A stretch of DNA of 61,948 nucleotides, filler included, from Dimargaris cristalligena (Eukaryota), in NCBI GenBank assembly GCA_003614675.1. It is 2 parts of 2 records of this genome, joined end to end, with 100 filler letters (N's around TTAATTAATTAA, not from the genome) between each part and the next. Parts side by side here need not be neighbours in the genome. Positions count along the whole stretch, not along the records: positions 31,037 to 61,948 come from ML002449.1; 1 more part is not named here. One strand, 5' to 3'. Positions 35,149 to 47,613 of this stretch are shown here, piece by piece. The notes under the pieces are model-generated. The model saw nothing but the letters and a program-made list of their open reading frames with translations, searched no databases and was not told the DNA's origin. The stretch's first letter is position 1. Each line of letters starts with the position of its first letter. A program made the translations under genes and the position numbers.

Positions 35149-38100
35149 TATTAGTGTGCCTGGACAATGAATGGTAGTTAACTATCGACTATTACAAAGT
35201 TAAATTCTACACAATTATGTAATTTTAGGGAAATGATTAAAATACTTCAGTAACTGAGGTTCGAAGAATCGATTTCAATCCAGAAGACAGTTTTAGATGA
35301 AACCGCAGGTGCGGCAGGATTATGTATTGGGTTGGTAGAAGAAAGATGCTTAGATATCATAAACTAGGGATGGATATGGGGTTTAAGGCGTCGATATGGA
35401 GGCCATAATCATGAATGGTTTGCAGATGAATAGCATTGAACCATGCAGGTGGAAGCTGCTGTAAGTCAATGGGTGGTCACTAGGAATTACCGAAGCAAAG
35501 TTGACGGGCTAGGGGTTCAGTTTATATATCACAGACTGGTATTTACACCCATATTTGTAGCCTAGTCGTTGTATTTTTTTTAGAGGAATGCTTTGTTTAC
35601 TCTATTTCGACCGCAAAGGATCGTATTCCGTGGCGGGCTTTGAGTAGCCCTTTCCCACTTCCTTTTTGTTTCGATACTTTTCGGACCAAAAAACCAACCT
35701 TACCCACGCCTAGCCAAGGGTTCTCTAGTGTATCTAACGCGGCCTACAGTGCACTGCGCGAGTTCTTTGGAAAGGGGGTGTTCAGGATCGCGTAAACTCT
35801 GCCCTAATACACCCCTAATACTATTCTCTCGGCTCACCGTGATGATTGACACCATTTTTACATTTGTGACAGCTACCCGTCTAATATGGGAATCAGGGAT
35901 TCGTAAACATACTAACATGTTCTTATAGCCACCCCGGTTAAAGCGACGTGGAGAATAGGCATTGATAGAAGGGGAGGTGGGTGAGGGGAGGGCGGGGCAA
36001 GCCTTTGCAGAATAATGGTGAGCTTCTAGGCTGAGAATCGAACCCCCAAAATAGGAGCCGTTGGTCAGAGGGGCGGGCAAGTTAGGTAGTGTTCTGCTAC
36101 TACTTTCCTGTGGGTTTCATGGAGTACCATTTGGGCACTGTGTACCCCCGCCCCCTTTCGGGTCAGCAACAATGATTTGCTGCCGTGATAATGAATGGCC
36201 CCTGCCACTCCCACCCGTTTGGCATGAATATACCCCATCAATCGCAGCGCCTCCCCTGCCCCCCGTCCCCACTGGGGTAAGGCTCCTTAGTTGGACAAGC
36301 CTTTCTCTCTCTCGTCAATCTCCAGGTATATTCGGGGTCTCCCCTACGCATAGGGAGCAGGCCCCTGCAATGAACACATGATACCTTATACCGCATTTTC
36401 CACAATACAAATCATAACAATACTCAGCTACCTTGTTTATTAGTCACTCAGACATAAACAAACCCCGTCCCACTATTGCGAATAGCCAAAAGGGTTATTT
36501 CTATGTTCTGTTATGTGAGAACCGATTGCGGGCGGCATAGACATTTCTTTTGTTTACATTTTAGTGCGCGCGCCTACCCTCAGTCCTCAACTCGTCGCAA
36601 GTAGTGATTATGCATATACATTATAAATACATGCCGCTAAACACGATCGTATAGTATACTAGTTCGAGGTTACAGGCACGTCCACCTGTTTTTTAATCTA
36701 TATCTCACCAACTATCACTGTAAGTAGATCTCGGAACTCAATAACTGTCAAAACTCGAGTGTGTAATATAGCTACAATTAACGAGGTGTTATAGCAGTGA
36801 CCAGACGCGCCCTTCGACAGTGTATCATAATTAATGTTAAAGGCTTGTCTGTGCGTTACACGTATAACTGATCCACACATATCATAGGGAATGTAGAATA
36901 CAGGTTCTCTAGTTGAACACTACACGGCATTCAAGGACCGGAAAAAGGTCTGAGTACGTGTATCATGGATATATTCAATCAAATCTGGTAGTTCCATTTT
37001 GATGCCTTGTTTTAGGCGACCAACCCTGTACTGTTAGTAATGGCTGAAGTATATCAGGTAAATAGTTGGTAATATCATGTGTTGTATTGTTCTATAGAAA
37101 TCGGCTATACAGTCATTGGGATTTCACACCCATTGAACAAAAAACGCGAACGCCTACCCGGGTTATTTAATGAGAAAGGTGCAAGTCTATTGCCTGCGAG
37201 GTATTTCAGAATGCCGAGAACATTCAGTGTGGACTATGTTGTTTAGGTGCCCTAAACAGGATGTCCACATGGTGTCGTGCACTCCCGCAGAGTATAGTCC
37301 GATATCCTACAGAGCTCTAATTATTGTTAAATTACCGATGGGAAGCCTTGTCGGGGCAGTTTTTTAGTAACCTTGGTCCGTAATGCTACCTATGTGCAAA
37401 GCACGACCAATTAATAAATTTTGACTTGAAATATAATGTAAACTCCTGATATTGGACGGTTCCAAGATTTATACTATGATTTCGAATGTCTTTAGGTTTA
37501 GGTTGGCACTCACTATTCTACCAGTGTCCTCAATGAACCCTTGGTTTAACAACTATATACATTAACCTTACTTTTTTTACATTAATTCTGCTGAAATACC
37601 GATCCCCACAGTGGTTTCACTATTTACGAGCATAGATGACTGCAAGACCTCTGGATGGCATTGTACTGGGAGAAACTCATAAAACTTAGACTCTCCCAGA
37701 TGAAACTTGTTTGAGAGTCTTTAACCAGTAAATCGGAGGCCGTTGTTGGAATCATTGGAAGAGCAAAATAGCGGCGCCCTTGGAATGAGGGGGTGTCTCG
37801 ACAAACCAGTCTTTATCTAATTCAGTACATCGGGGCACCCGTGGACCCGCAAATACTATAGTAAACATTCGAAAAGAACTGGATGGTGTAAATATGGGGT
37901 TCACATTACCCCCATATTGTATTATTATTCTTTTTGGCTACGCAATAGGGTTTCTGGGATATGATCATAATAAATTATATCACGCCGATCCCTAGTGAGG
38001 TGATTTTATTTTAATGGCATTAGGCTGATAGTATCTCCATATATGAATAGCTCTTGAACCCGCTGGGTGTGTTCATGGCTTCCAAATCTATCAAAGGCCT

Positions 38101-38515
38101 AACTGGTGACATCACCATGACGGTCTCCGACTGACTCCTGGTATAGGGCGGGTAAACTTTCTTCCAAAGCGATATTTTATCGCCAATACCATAATCCGGG
38201 TCTAGGTTATGGATCCGTGGTACACTTGCGGGATGATTTCATCAAATGATTTACGGCTTGGCAGGGCCTTGTCCCAGCTTTATGAGGTATTATATCAGCA
38301 CACGTGAACTATTTCATTGTATATATGTAATGATAAGGTATAGGTAGTAATCGGGTAACTTCTATGAAATATATATAATATTATACATGCAAGGACATAG
38401 GTATGCATAACCAAGTGCCAGGATTTTTGATTTAAATTGGGTAGGAGGAGGTCAGAGTTTTTGGGATAATGGATATATAAAGAATACAGATTATATATAT
38501 ATATACGAGTGTCTA

Positions 38516-39265
38516 TTACACGGCAGTGACGGGAATGTCCCGATTTTTCCAAAACTTCCACTGGTTCGAACGCTCCGGCTGCTCGCCCGGGGATGGGTAT
38601 CCGGTAGCAGTCATACAGTGTAAGGTTAGTTTTTCCGCTTCCGCAATAGACTGGGGGGGCTGCGGCGGTACTTTCATATGCGGTGGGCATTGACGAATCA
38701 TCTCTTGCCATTCCTTAGCACGCACAAGCTCCATTTTCCCGATCCACTTCTCAAATATGGCCAGATTGCGTAGGTTCGCCTTGTAGATGATATCAAAAAT
38801 ATCGCCCAGAACGGGTATGGTGCCGATGCCTCCATCAATGGCGATGTTGCGAATCATTTTGGCCTTGTATTTGCCCGGTAGGCCGGTCGATGAGGCAATT
38901 TTGACCAGGTAGAGGGCGATGGCGACATTGACGCAATCACCCGCGGCGGGGACAAGACCAATCAGGCCATCAAGACCAATCTGAATGGGAAGGCCTGGGA
39001 TAGCGTCCATGGTTTTGGCAATACGGCGAAATTTGGTCAGGCGGACCTGGACATACTCAGGGTCAAACTTGGTACGCTCATTGAGTTGCAGGTAAAGGCT
39101 GGTGGGTGTAATCGGCGCAGGATTGACCTGAACCGGGGTATGGTCGCCTGTGGTGGTGGTGGTATGCGACGAAGGGCTGCGCGGAGGGGTCGGTGGGGCC
39201 TGGTGGAGTGGCTGGGTGGGTTGGACGTACATGGGGCGCGGTGGGTAGGCAGGGGGAGCAACCAT
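38516..39265 (-). CDS. DUF4112 domain protein
   Basis: RRIAKTMD..IGLDGLIGLVPAAGD..KMIRNIAIDGGIGTIPVLGDIFDIIYKANLRNLAIFE. Likely start MVAPP at 39265. Confidence 0.88.
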   Translation of the reverse strand: MVAPPAYPPRPMYVQPTQPLHQAPPTPPRSPSSHTTTTTGDHTPVQVNPAPITPTSLYLQLNERTKFDPEYVQVRLTKFRRIAKTMDAIPGLPIQIGLDGLIGLVPAAGDCVNVAIALYLVKIASSTGLPGKYKAKMIRNIAIDGGIGTIPVLGDIFDIIYKANLRNLAIFEKWIGKMELVRAKEWQEMIRQCPPHMKVPPQPPQSIAEAEKLTLHCMTATGYPSPGEQPERSNQWKFWKNRDIPVTAV

Positions 39266-40359
39266 GGTGATGTTTTTGTGTGGAAGGGGAGTGAATGGGA
39301 ATATCGACCGTGGGACAGCCGAAAGTGAACAATAGGAATACAAGTAGGTGGGGGACGTTACAGGCAAACCTAGGCAACCAGAGACGATTACGCAAGAACA
39401 GCAATGGTGGAGTTACTGAGTCAATAGGATGGAACAGCAACAGGCAGTAAGGGGCGGTGGTGAGTTGTAAGGGTCGTACAGGAGCAGTAACTGAACGGTG
39501 AAGTGAAGTTGGAATAGCCCCTCAGAAATCCGGGAAGAGACTGGCAAGAGAGAATAGAAGGTAGCGGTGGAAGTGGAAGCAAGTGGTGATAAGAAGGGTA
39601 GGTGGTAAAGACGGCAGGAAAAGAGGGTCTATATATACCAGACCAGTAGTGGCCCACGGCTTTCAGTGAAAGGGAAATCGATGCAGCCGCCACGGGGAAC
39701 CCTGCCTGCTTTTCCAACTCCGCCGCACCCAGATACTGCGTTGTTTTTACCCGGTTGCATGATCGAAAAAAAACCCCCCCAGTAGGGATGGGGTTTAGTC
39801 CCCCTGGGCTTACTGACAACCGTAGAATAGTCTATAATTTCCACATAGCGGGGAATCCTGGGTGAGTGTGGAAGTTTCCGTCACCCACCATCCGGGCTTC
39901 CCCAATCACAGGGTCTCCAAATCCAATCGGGCCAGCGACTCGACCTTCTCGAATAACGAGTCTTGGCAAAGAAGTGGCGTCGGGTTTATTTTACAAGACC
40001 CTCAAGCAAAGCTCCCCCAAAAACGGATTTTACGCCATGGCCACACAGTTTCCTATACCGCTATTCATATAGAGCCTTCCTGAATTCACGGTTTGATTAA
40101 GATCCTACCGATTCATTGTTCATCGGATTTCCAATTAGGCCCTCGTCACCATGGTCTGTTATTACGATAAACCGAATCTCGCCTTGTAAATACACGTCCA
40201 CAAAAGTGAGTGTGAAGGGGAAGGTGAAAAAGGCGAAGCCATCTCCAATTTTGCCCCATTGTTTCGTGCTACAAGTGCGGCGATAGATAACCACCCTTTG
40301 AACACGGCTCTCCCGCAGACGTGTTTTTATATATATTATTTTGGGTGGGCCATTTTTAT

Positions 40360-40493
40360 TATATGGGTGAAATTCGGCCCAGCTGTATAATGGTTTAAAT
40401 AATATATATATGTGATATTTATTCTTAACCATTAATTTTTACTTCATCCAACGGATTTTTTGTTGTACAGTTCGGTTGAATCTCTCCCATATG
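40360..40493 (+). mobile_element. MITE-like element, copy 3 (134 bp)
   Basis: TATATGGGTGAAATTCGGCCCAGCTGTATAA...TTGTACAGTTCGGTTGAATCTCTCCCATATG; closely matches copy 1. Confidence 0.8.
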
Positions 40494-41416
40494 TTTATTA
40501 CATTTATACACATATATGAATAGTCCCACCAGGGTGCAAAGCCCTCAGTGTAATATATTATTGGACGGCCCTTCACTCATTCCTCCTGTCCACAGATAGG
40601 TGGATATTGTCATACCTCCCCCTACCGTGGTAGGACAGCCCGGCCGACTAAAATACGACCACAGCTCACCTTCCAATTGACCTGGACGTGGTTATCGTCC
40701 ACACTCAGTGAAGCCCGAATGGCTGACATTTAGTCCACCGGAGGTAGCACGCGACACTGTAGAAGGTCCATGGGACATGGCAGGTAGTTGGAGGAGTTTT
40801 AGACGGTGCCCACTGGGCTTTTCACTGGCTATGTATTGCTGTTTGATCTGTCCACTCAACTCTCCCATCCGGGCGCCTTAGCTTAGGCTTCGTTTTGCAT
40901 CTCTTAGTATCGCTAAGCGCCGCCGAAGTATTATTGGTCTAATGGTAATTTTTCCCTTGTACAAAATGGAATTGGGCCTTCCTAAAAGGGGCCACTGTAC
41001 AACCCACCACACTGGGAACCGTGTGATAGTCAATTATATGGACGGTTTCGCTCATTTTTGAGTACCAGTCGGATCTTAGCGGGATGGAACGGTGGTCATG
41101 AAAATCTTTAAACTAACCCACTTTGGGGTAAGCCCACCTCCCCCCTTTCTTGTATTTCCAACCCGACGACCCCTCCCCCACTCTCGGCTGGCGTCCGATA
41201 ATACATATATAACCCTACCATCCACTTGCCCTGTTGTTGAGAGGTCATGCCACTGATGCATAATATTGTGATCCACTTCGTTCATTTTGCTGTTCCAGAA
41301 TTCGCTGCACTTATTTATATTACACGTGGCCATTACCCGTGTATGCCGCTCTCCATTTGCTAATTTTGAATTTGTCACCTGCTTATTTTTGCCGTGTGGC
41401 TTATGCAAACACGACC

Positions 41417-42859
41417 ATGCGGGTCCGTTTATCGCTTTTGCTGCTTTCCCTGATTAATGTGGGGTCTACAGTCCTTGCGGAACCCATTAATTCGGACGGG
41501 GATACTTCATCGACGAGCCAAAATGACGGTAAGCGCTCACTCACATCAACACCCAACATCACCCACCAAGACCGGTTCAGTCTCATCATGCTTCTTGCCA
41601 AGCCCCATATTACCCCCGACCTGTCCTACGCTTTGCAAACCGTGAATCGCAAGCTGTACAGCCAGCATAGCGCCTTGGCAGCCCAATGTCGCTCAAACTA
41701 TCTATGTCTGCTTCGAGTGGCGGTCAATCGTGGCGGTCTGGTCGACCCATCCATCGAAACCATACTAAACAATCTAATCTCGCAAGTGACCCTCCTCCAA
41801 ATTTTTGCGGCGCTGGATACCGAGATTAAAACTTGGTTATATTCTTACATTACGCCCGCTATATTGGGCAACGGCGGGCAAACTGGGCAATTGAATGTCG
41901 TCAGTGATACCGTACAGCACGCGCTTCCTATACCCCAACTACCCACGGAGATTCGTCCTGTGCCCTATTTACAGTTAAACCAGTGGGCCGATGAATTCCC
42001 GTTGGTGAACGCCATTAAGGCGGGCCCTGCCACGGCCCGGTTTATAGTGACCCTCTTCGAACAATTAGTCCGCCTCGTCATCACTAGCCGGCTTGATCAA
42101 ACCGAAACAACTTCTAGCTTGGTCGAGTTGATTCAGGAGGGGGCCGATGGTGCTGGTTCATCAACTTGGGACCATTTCCGACTGTTCAATTATGTTCAGA
42201 AGAATACCCCGGGCTTTTTCAGCGACCCTGTTATCCTTTTTCGCCGCTTAGTCATGGAAGTGTTCCGGGAATTATTCTACATAGCCTATCGTGAAAAGCA
42301 GTGGGATACCTTGCAGCGGCTTTTAACCACCATACACCGCCACCATTCCGTATTCGGTCGCTTCCAGACCTACTACCATGGTGTCCTGCTAGTGGCTCAA
42401 TTTGCCGAGCCCGGGCGGATGGCCTTTATGGAGGGTCAGCTCCGCTATATGACAGCAAGCGACCGCCTCACCTTGGTGACTTGTGCCCGGCACCTAAATT
42501 TGGTGGAGGCGGCCGAGTTCTTGACCGATGGGTTATGTGCCAACCGATCCGTGTTGTCGATGGGCCTTTGCATGTTGTTGGATCCGAATACCTCGGGTGA
42601 AGGAACTGTTCACCCTAACCTGTGTAACGGGCTCCTGGATCTACCCGAAAGATTCCTAGTGACCCACCGATTGGATGATTACTTCCAATTTCGCGTAGTT
42701 CCCGACCAGCCCTACCCTGAAAGGCTATATAGTGAAGGCGTCGATGTCAGACACTCCCTCCCCGGGCTAACCAAAGACAGTGGTACTTCCAACCAAAGAT
42801 GGCTTGCCGTGAAGAAATGGATAAAGAAAAGAGCGAGCCATGATCAATTTAACCAATAA
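41417..42859 (+). CDS. Secreted protein of unknown function (~480 aa)
   Basis: Long intronless ORF. Signal-peptide-like MRVRLSLLLLSLINVGSTVLA|EP, then an acidic pro-segment ending in KR. No recognised domain. Confidence 0.75.
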   Translation: MRVRLSLLLLSLINVGSTVLAEPINSDGDTSSTSQNDGKRSLTSTPNITHQDRFSLIMLLAKPHITPDLSYALQTVNRKLYSQHSALAAQCRSNYLCLLRVAVNRGGLVDPSIETILNNLISQVTLLQIFAALDTEIKTWLYSYITPAILGNGGQTGQLNVVSDTVQHALPIPQLPTEIRPVPYLQLNQWADEFPLVNAIKAGPATARFIVTLFEQLVRLVITSRLDQTETTSSLVELIQEGADGAGSSTWDHFRLFNYVQKNTPGFFSDPVILFRRLVMEVFRELFYIAYREKQWDTLQRLLTTIHRHHSVFGRFQTYYHGVLLVAQFAEPGRMAFMEGQLRYMTASDRLTLVTCARHLNLVEAAEFLTDGLCANRSVLSMGLCMLLDPNTSGEGTVHPNLCNGLLDLPERFLVTHRLDDYFQFRVVPDQPYPERLYSEGVDVRHSLPGLTKDSGTSNQRWLAVKKWIKKRASHDQFNQ

Positions 42860-43391
42860 CGGACCAACTGCTGCTTTAAAATAGTAGCTAATATACATAT
42901 CCCATATATTAGATAGTATCTGTGTTTATTCTAGAGCCAATCTAATCTTAATACAGGAGAATCCAGCGCAGCTTCCAAAACTTTTGTAAGAAGTTCAAAT
43001 ATGGAGGTGATAATCGCACCATTGTAATGGCCCCAAGGCCTCTCTTTGACATAATGCCGCTGAAGATAAGAAGTGTTTAATAGGTTAAGTTAGAAATGGA
43101 AATGGGTGAAGTTCAATGCAGCTAGATAGGGTATTTAAATAAGATGGTGATAGGAACAGAGGCCGGGGAATCGCTATACCAATAAAACCCATCATCCTAT
43201 CAAACGGATTGTTATGTTATACACCCCAATCGGACCACTCCAACACGATTTCCATTAAATCGGGCCACACGACATGGTCGCAGTTTCATACATTATATAA
43301 TGAGGCCAATGTCGGCATTCTCAACTCAGAAAGGGTTTATATGGTAAATGTACGTTAAGCGGGTCCGTGAAAGGTCTATGTGTAAACTTCC

Positions 43392-43736
43392 TCACTTCTT
43401 GGCGCTATTTTTGGCGGTACGGATCTTGTCGACCGTCGATTTCATATCGTTGGCAATGGGTGACGGGAACTTAGAAGTGGGGATCTTACCCATAGGGATC
43501 TTAGGCTTCGGGTTGGCATTGCCCTTCAAAGGAGGTTGGGCATTTCCGTTAAATCCCTTGTTGGAGCGCAGCAGGTCCGTATCCAATTTGTTTGGGGAAA
43601 ACATACGGCGGTAAACATGGATGGACTGGGAGGCTGGACTACTCTCGCCATAAGGGAGGGAGGCAGCGGTACTGGGTAGGTAGCTGAAAGCCATGGCCAT
43701 GGCAAGGAGAACGGCGGCAGACTTGATGCTGTGCAT
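43392..43736 (-). CDS. Small secreted cationic protein (114 aa; signal peptide + pro-peptide ending in RR)
   Basis: MHSIKSAAVLLAMAMAFSYLPSTAA signal, pro-region ending HVYRR, K/P/N-rich mature part. TATAAATA about 165 bp upstream (43901-43908). Confidence 0.75.
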   Translation of the reverse strand: MHSIKSAAVLLAMAMAFSYLPSTAASLPYGESSPASQSIHVYRRMFSPNKLDTDLLRSNKGFNGNAQPPLKGNANPKPKIPMGKIPTSKFPSPIANDMKSTVDKIRTAKNSAKK

Positions 43737-45324
43737 GATAGGGAATGCGGGCGAGTAAGTAGGTTCGGGTAACAATAGGCTACTATGGGGGACAGGAAAG
43801 TTGAATGGCAATTTTCAACAAGAATGGAGTGTGAACTGGGAGATGGGTAGTTGATGTGGAAATGGATGGTGATGACTTGAATAGGGGGGAAATGCCTGGC
43901 TATTTATAAGATAAAGGTAGTAAACTCGACACTAAGCCGCCGTGGCCCATCTATGAATGTCCACATACGTATCCCCGGCTGCCTACACATCAATACTCGT
44001 CGGGCCTAACAAAATCGCGTCCCAGTCTAAAGAATAGAGGAAAGCATACCCGCCTCGGGAATATGCCTATGTGTATAGAGAGAGTATTGTATTGCCCATA
44101 GGTCTAATGTATAAATCCATAGCCAATTGTCGAACGGTGGGTTCGATGGTTGCCAAACTACTCATAATCCGCTAAATAGGGGGAAGGAGGGGGCTCCATC
44201 GATTATCTGCCTTGTTTTCGTTAAATACATTACTACAGGGTCTTAGCTCCCCTCCCTGGCTCGACGTCGATCGTTACTACCCCCACCAAGTATACTCTTC
44301 AATGTACACTGGCTAAAGATTCATGGCGGGATCGTCTCAGGCGAAGAGAAGGGATGTTGGGGGAAACAAGCGGAAAGGATAAGTAAAACATATGACACAC
44401 CCCTATGAAGAGGTGCAAGGTATGAAACCAAGCTACCCGGGTACTAGCGATCACCGAATCATTAGGGAATCCCTTTAATCTAGGGAAATTCAACTCGCCT
44501 AAATACGATTGTGAATTGAGAAATGGACAGTACATCTATTATTGGTCAGTGAAGCCCGGTTTCTCAAAAGTGACTTTCATTATAAATTAAAATAAAACCA
44601 ACTTATTGGCAATATCCATAGACAATCCACTTTCTTGGTTCATATCACAGTGGGGGGATTGGTTGATGGAATCGACATATCGATTTTATGTAAAAGCTAG
44701 AGTATTATACCTCCCGTTTGAACAGTCCTCTAGAGTGAATACCATATTATATGGAGCAAATGGGAGAGGATTGCCCTGCCATGTATCTCGGTTGGGATAG
44801 TGTGACTTCCCAATCCTCCCCCTCTCTCTAAATAAAATGCGACATTCAAAAAAAGTGTCTTGCTCGAGAACAGTAAACTAATAGTCAGTCAAAGCTCCAA
44901 GATAAGCCAAAGACTCTACCTGGGCGAGTGTCATTTTAAATTTTACATATACAATTGTCAATCAAGCGTCCACCGTGCCAGATTTAAATTCATTTGACTC
45001 CTCTTTTTTAATAAATTGGCTGAAGACTTAGACTCACTCACTGGGGAAATACCAGTGCCAGATTTCCAAGTAAATGGCACGAGATGTGCTCGGAGGCGCT
45101 GTATTTACGATTCAAGTTCGCAATTATTATATATACGCAATAACTAGCCAACTCCCAGGCAGAGGGTAGCTTTAGGACATATAACAACAACGACCATTTC
45201 ATTGCAATTTTCACGTATGACCAATGTTAGCGATAACACACTATTTATACAGAACCATAACTTGTCATAAGCAAATAATCGTGGGACTTTGGCAATATAA
45301 ATAATACCGACAAAGTAATTGTAA

Positions 45325-47097
45325 TTACTCGATCTTGATTTTGGTATCCTGGCTGTCTTCGTCGGACGACGCACGCTTGGGGAATTTCCACCATTGATAC
45401 AGCAAAACCACAAAGATTATATCATCCCGGAAAGCGCTCACTCGCGTGAGTCCCGGCATGGGAATGACTAGGGCGAACAAGTCGTCCACAAACGTATTGA
45501 TGGCACGGTAAATAAATGTTGCCAGGGACATGGCTTCGACCGACTGCAGACGGTGGTTGAGGAACAGTTGGGGAGTCATATTAACGAATCCCAGGAGATA
45601 AATGGAGGCCATGAGGGCGTCCAGGCCCCAGGAGTAGAAGCCCTTGTGTTTCCAGAAAACGAGGGAGTAGCCGGCATAGCCGATAATGAGGGGGATGCAG
45701 AGGTAGAGAAGGTACTTAACCACACGATTGTCGAAGTCTTCGAGACTAGCCGTGTCCGTGGTAGGGATGGCTTGGTCGACCGAGACGGGGTCGTTCATTT
45801 TCTTCTCGTTCGATACTTTACTAACATCCTCATTGGCGACGGCTGGCTGGCGGAGAAATCGCCGAACCTTAAAGACCTTCCAAAGCTCCACCACAGCCGA
45901 TACGGCGGTCCCCGTCAGAACCAGCATACCCGAATCCTTACGGCGATCCCAAACGTACAGCAGGGTAAGCCACGAAGTGAGGGCCCCCATAAACACTGAG
46001 CTTCGTGAAATACCCGTGATGGACTTCTTGCGGGACCAGTGGTCAATGTCCGATTTAACAGCCAGGGTCTCAAACAGCATATGCAGACAAGCGGCCACGA
46101 TGGTAATCAGTAGCAAAGTAGGATTCACTTCGAAAATCATTTTGCGGAGCGACTCCAGTTCGTTGCCGGACACCGCTAGGGGAGAGCCACCAGCACTGAG
46201 CTGGGCGAATGTGGCATCCATAATTCGGGTCACACGGTACCAGCCCAGGGCTACGGTCTTGAGCTGCACGGTAAGAGGCATATCCCAGGTGGGCTGGTCA
46301 GTAGGTTCAAGCTCCTTAAGGTGTTCCTTCCGGGTACCCATGGAATTGGGTCCAAGAAGCGGAAGATACGGCCGATCGGCGGGGCTATTCATTACCTGGA
46401 GCTGGCGCGCAAAATCACCGGGTACTCGGCCGTGTAAATAGGCATTGTGGTCGTCCACCATTTCAACGGCCACCCGGGTTTTCCAGTGGGGGGCAATGCT
46501 CGGTTTTTCAGGAGTGGGCGAGGGCGTTGGCGAATCGGGGGTGGGGGGGACCACATCGCCCAGGAGATTGTGCTCCTGGAGGGCGGTCCGCTCTGTATGG
46601 AGCACCAATGGGGTAGCGGCTATCAAAATCTCGGGGTTATTACCCGGGTATGCGTCGGCTAATTCCAGTTCGGCGGGATAAACCATTACCGTAAGCGTTG
46701 AATGGACTGGCCAGCGCCGCGCGTCCGCCCACCGACTGGGCGCCAGTTGATGGGGCACGGGTAGCGACACATTGTGGGTTATTTCCACGTCGAACTCGGC
46801 CAGGCGGATGGGCTCGGGAGTGGTCCAAATGGGTTTGGTAAACCGGGCCAGAGCCGCGACATCCTTCGAGTCCTCCTCGGGGGCCACATATACAGCAGCC
46901 CGGAAGGTTTGGTCGGGCGCAAAATAGGGCTGGTGGTACTTGGCCTGGGCGGGGTCCGCAATGGTAGGGCGGGGGTTGTAGTAGGGAAAGTAGAAAGTGG
47001 GAAAGAACAGTGAGACGATGGAGAAGACAAGGTTGCCCAGGTAGAGGGAGAAAAGGGCTACCGAAGCCACTGTGGTGGCTTTCCCCAGGAAACCCAT
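45325..47097 (-). CDS. CLPTM1 family multi-pass membrane protein
   Basis: LRKMIFEVNPTLLLITIVAACLHMLFETLAVKSDIDHW, GFVNMTPQLFLNHRLQSV, YRAINTFVDDLFA..MP..RVSAFRDDIIF. Likely start MGFLGK. Confidence 0.92.
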   Translation of the reverse strand: MGFLGKATTVASVALFSLYLGNLVFSIVSLFFPTFYFPYYNPRPTIADPAQAKYHQPYFAPDQTFRAAVYVAPEEDSKDVAALARFTKPIWTTPEPIRLAEFDVEITHNVSLPVPHQLAPSRWADARRWPVHSTLTVMVYPAELELADAYPGNNPEILIAATPLVLHTERTALQEHNLLGDVVPPTPDSPTPSPTPEKPSIAPHWKTRVAVEMVDDHNAYLHGRVPGDFARQLQVMNSPADRPYLPLLGPNSMGTRKEHLKELEPTDQPTWDMPLTVQLKTVALGWYRVTRIMDATFAQLSAGGSPLAVSGNELESLRKMIFEVNPTLLLITIVAACLHMLFETLAVKSDIDHWSRKKSITGISRSSVFMGALTSWLTLLYVWDRRKDSGMLVLTGTAVSAVVELWKVFKVRRFLRQPAVANEDVSKVSNEKKMNDPVSVDQAIPTTDTASLEDFDNRVVKYLLYLCIPLIIGYAGYSLVFWKHKGFYSWGLDALMASIYLLGFVNMTPQLFLNHRLQSVEAMSLATFIYRAINTFVDDLFALVIPMPGLTRVSAFRDDIIFVVLLYQWWKFPKRASSDEDSQDTKIKIE

Positions 47098-47613
47098 GTG
47101 AGCTGCCAATGGGTTGGTGGATGGGAGAGAAGAGGTCGGTAAAGTGCGATGAATGAGGAGTTACGTGAATGAGGGAAGGTGTTGTTCAGCCAGAGAACCA
47201 GACAAGTAGCCGTTAAGTTAGAGCAGGGCCGCAGGAAAGAGAACCCGGGACATAGAGAGTCAAGTAATGAACGTAGCCGATGCTCGAGTTAGCCTAGGGA
47301 TATACCGGTCGACTGGTAGTTTTAACAGATGGTTGACTGGCTCCTCGCCGTTGCCGACTACGAGGCAGCTAACCCTTAAAACTGGTCTACCCTATTCCTT
47401 CTTGCCTCATTTACCAAACGGGTCTCTCTCCTCTCTCCATTTCCCTGTTGCGCTGTACGATAGTAGACTGTTTCAATCGCCAACCTTTTAGCCAAAGTCT
47501 GTACCCGTTCCTTTTGCAACGCCCACCCCCCCTTCACTCCGGCAGCATTTACACTTCGCTATAAAGCAAACGCACAAATCCCTTGGGTTATTCTAAGCAT
47601 CGCCAAGTCCCAC

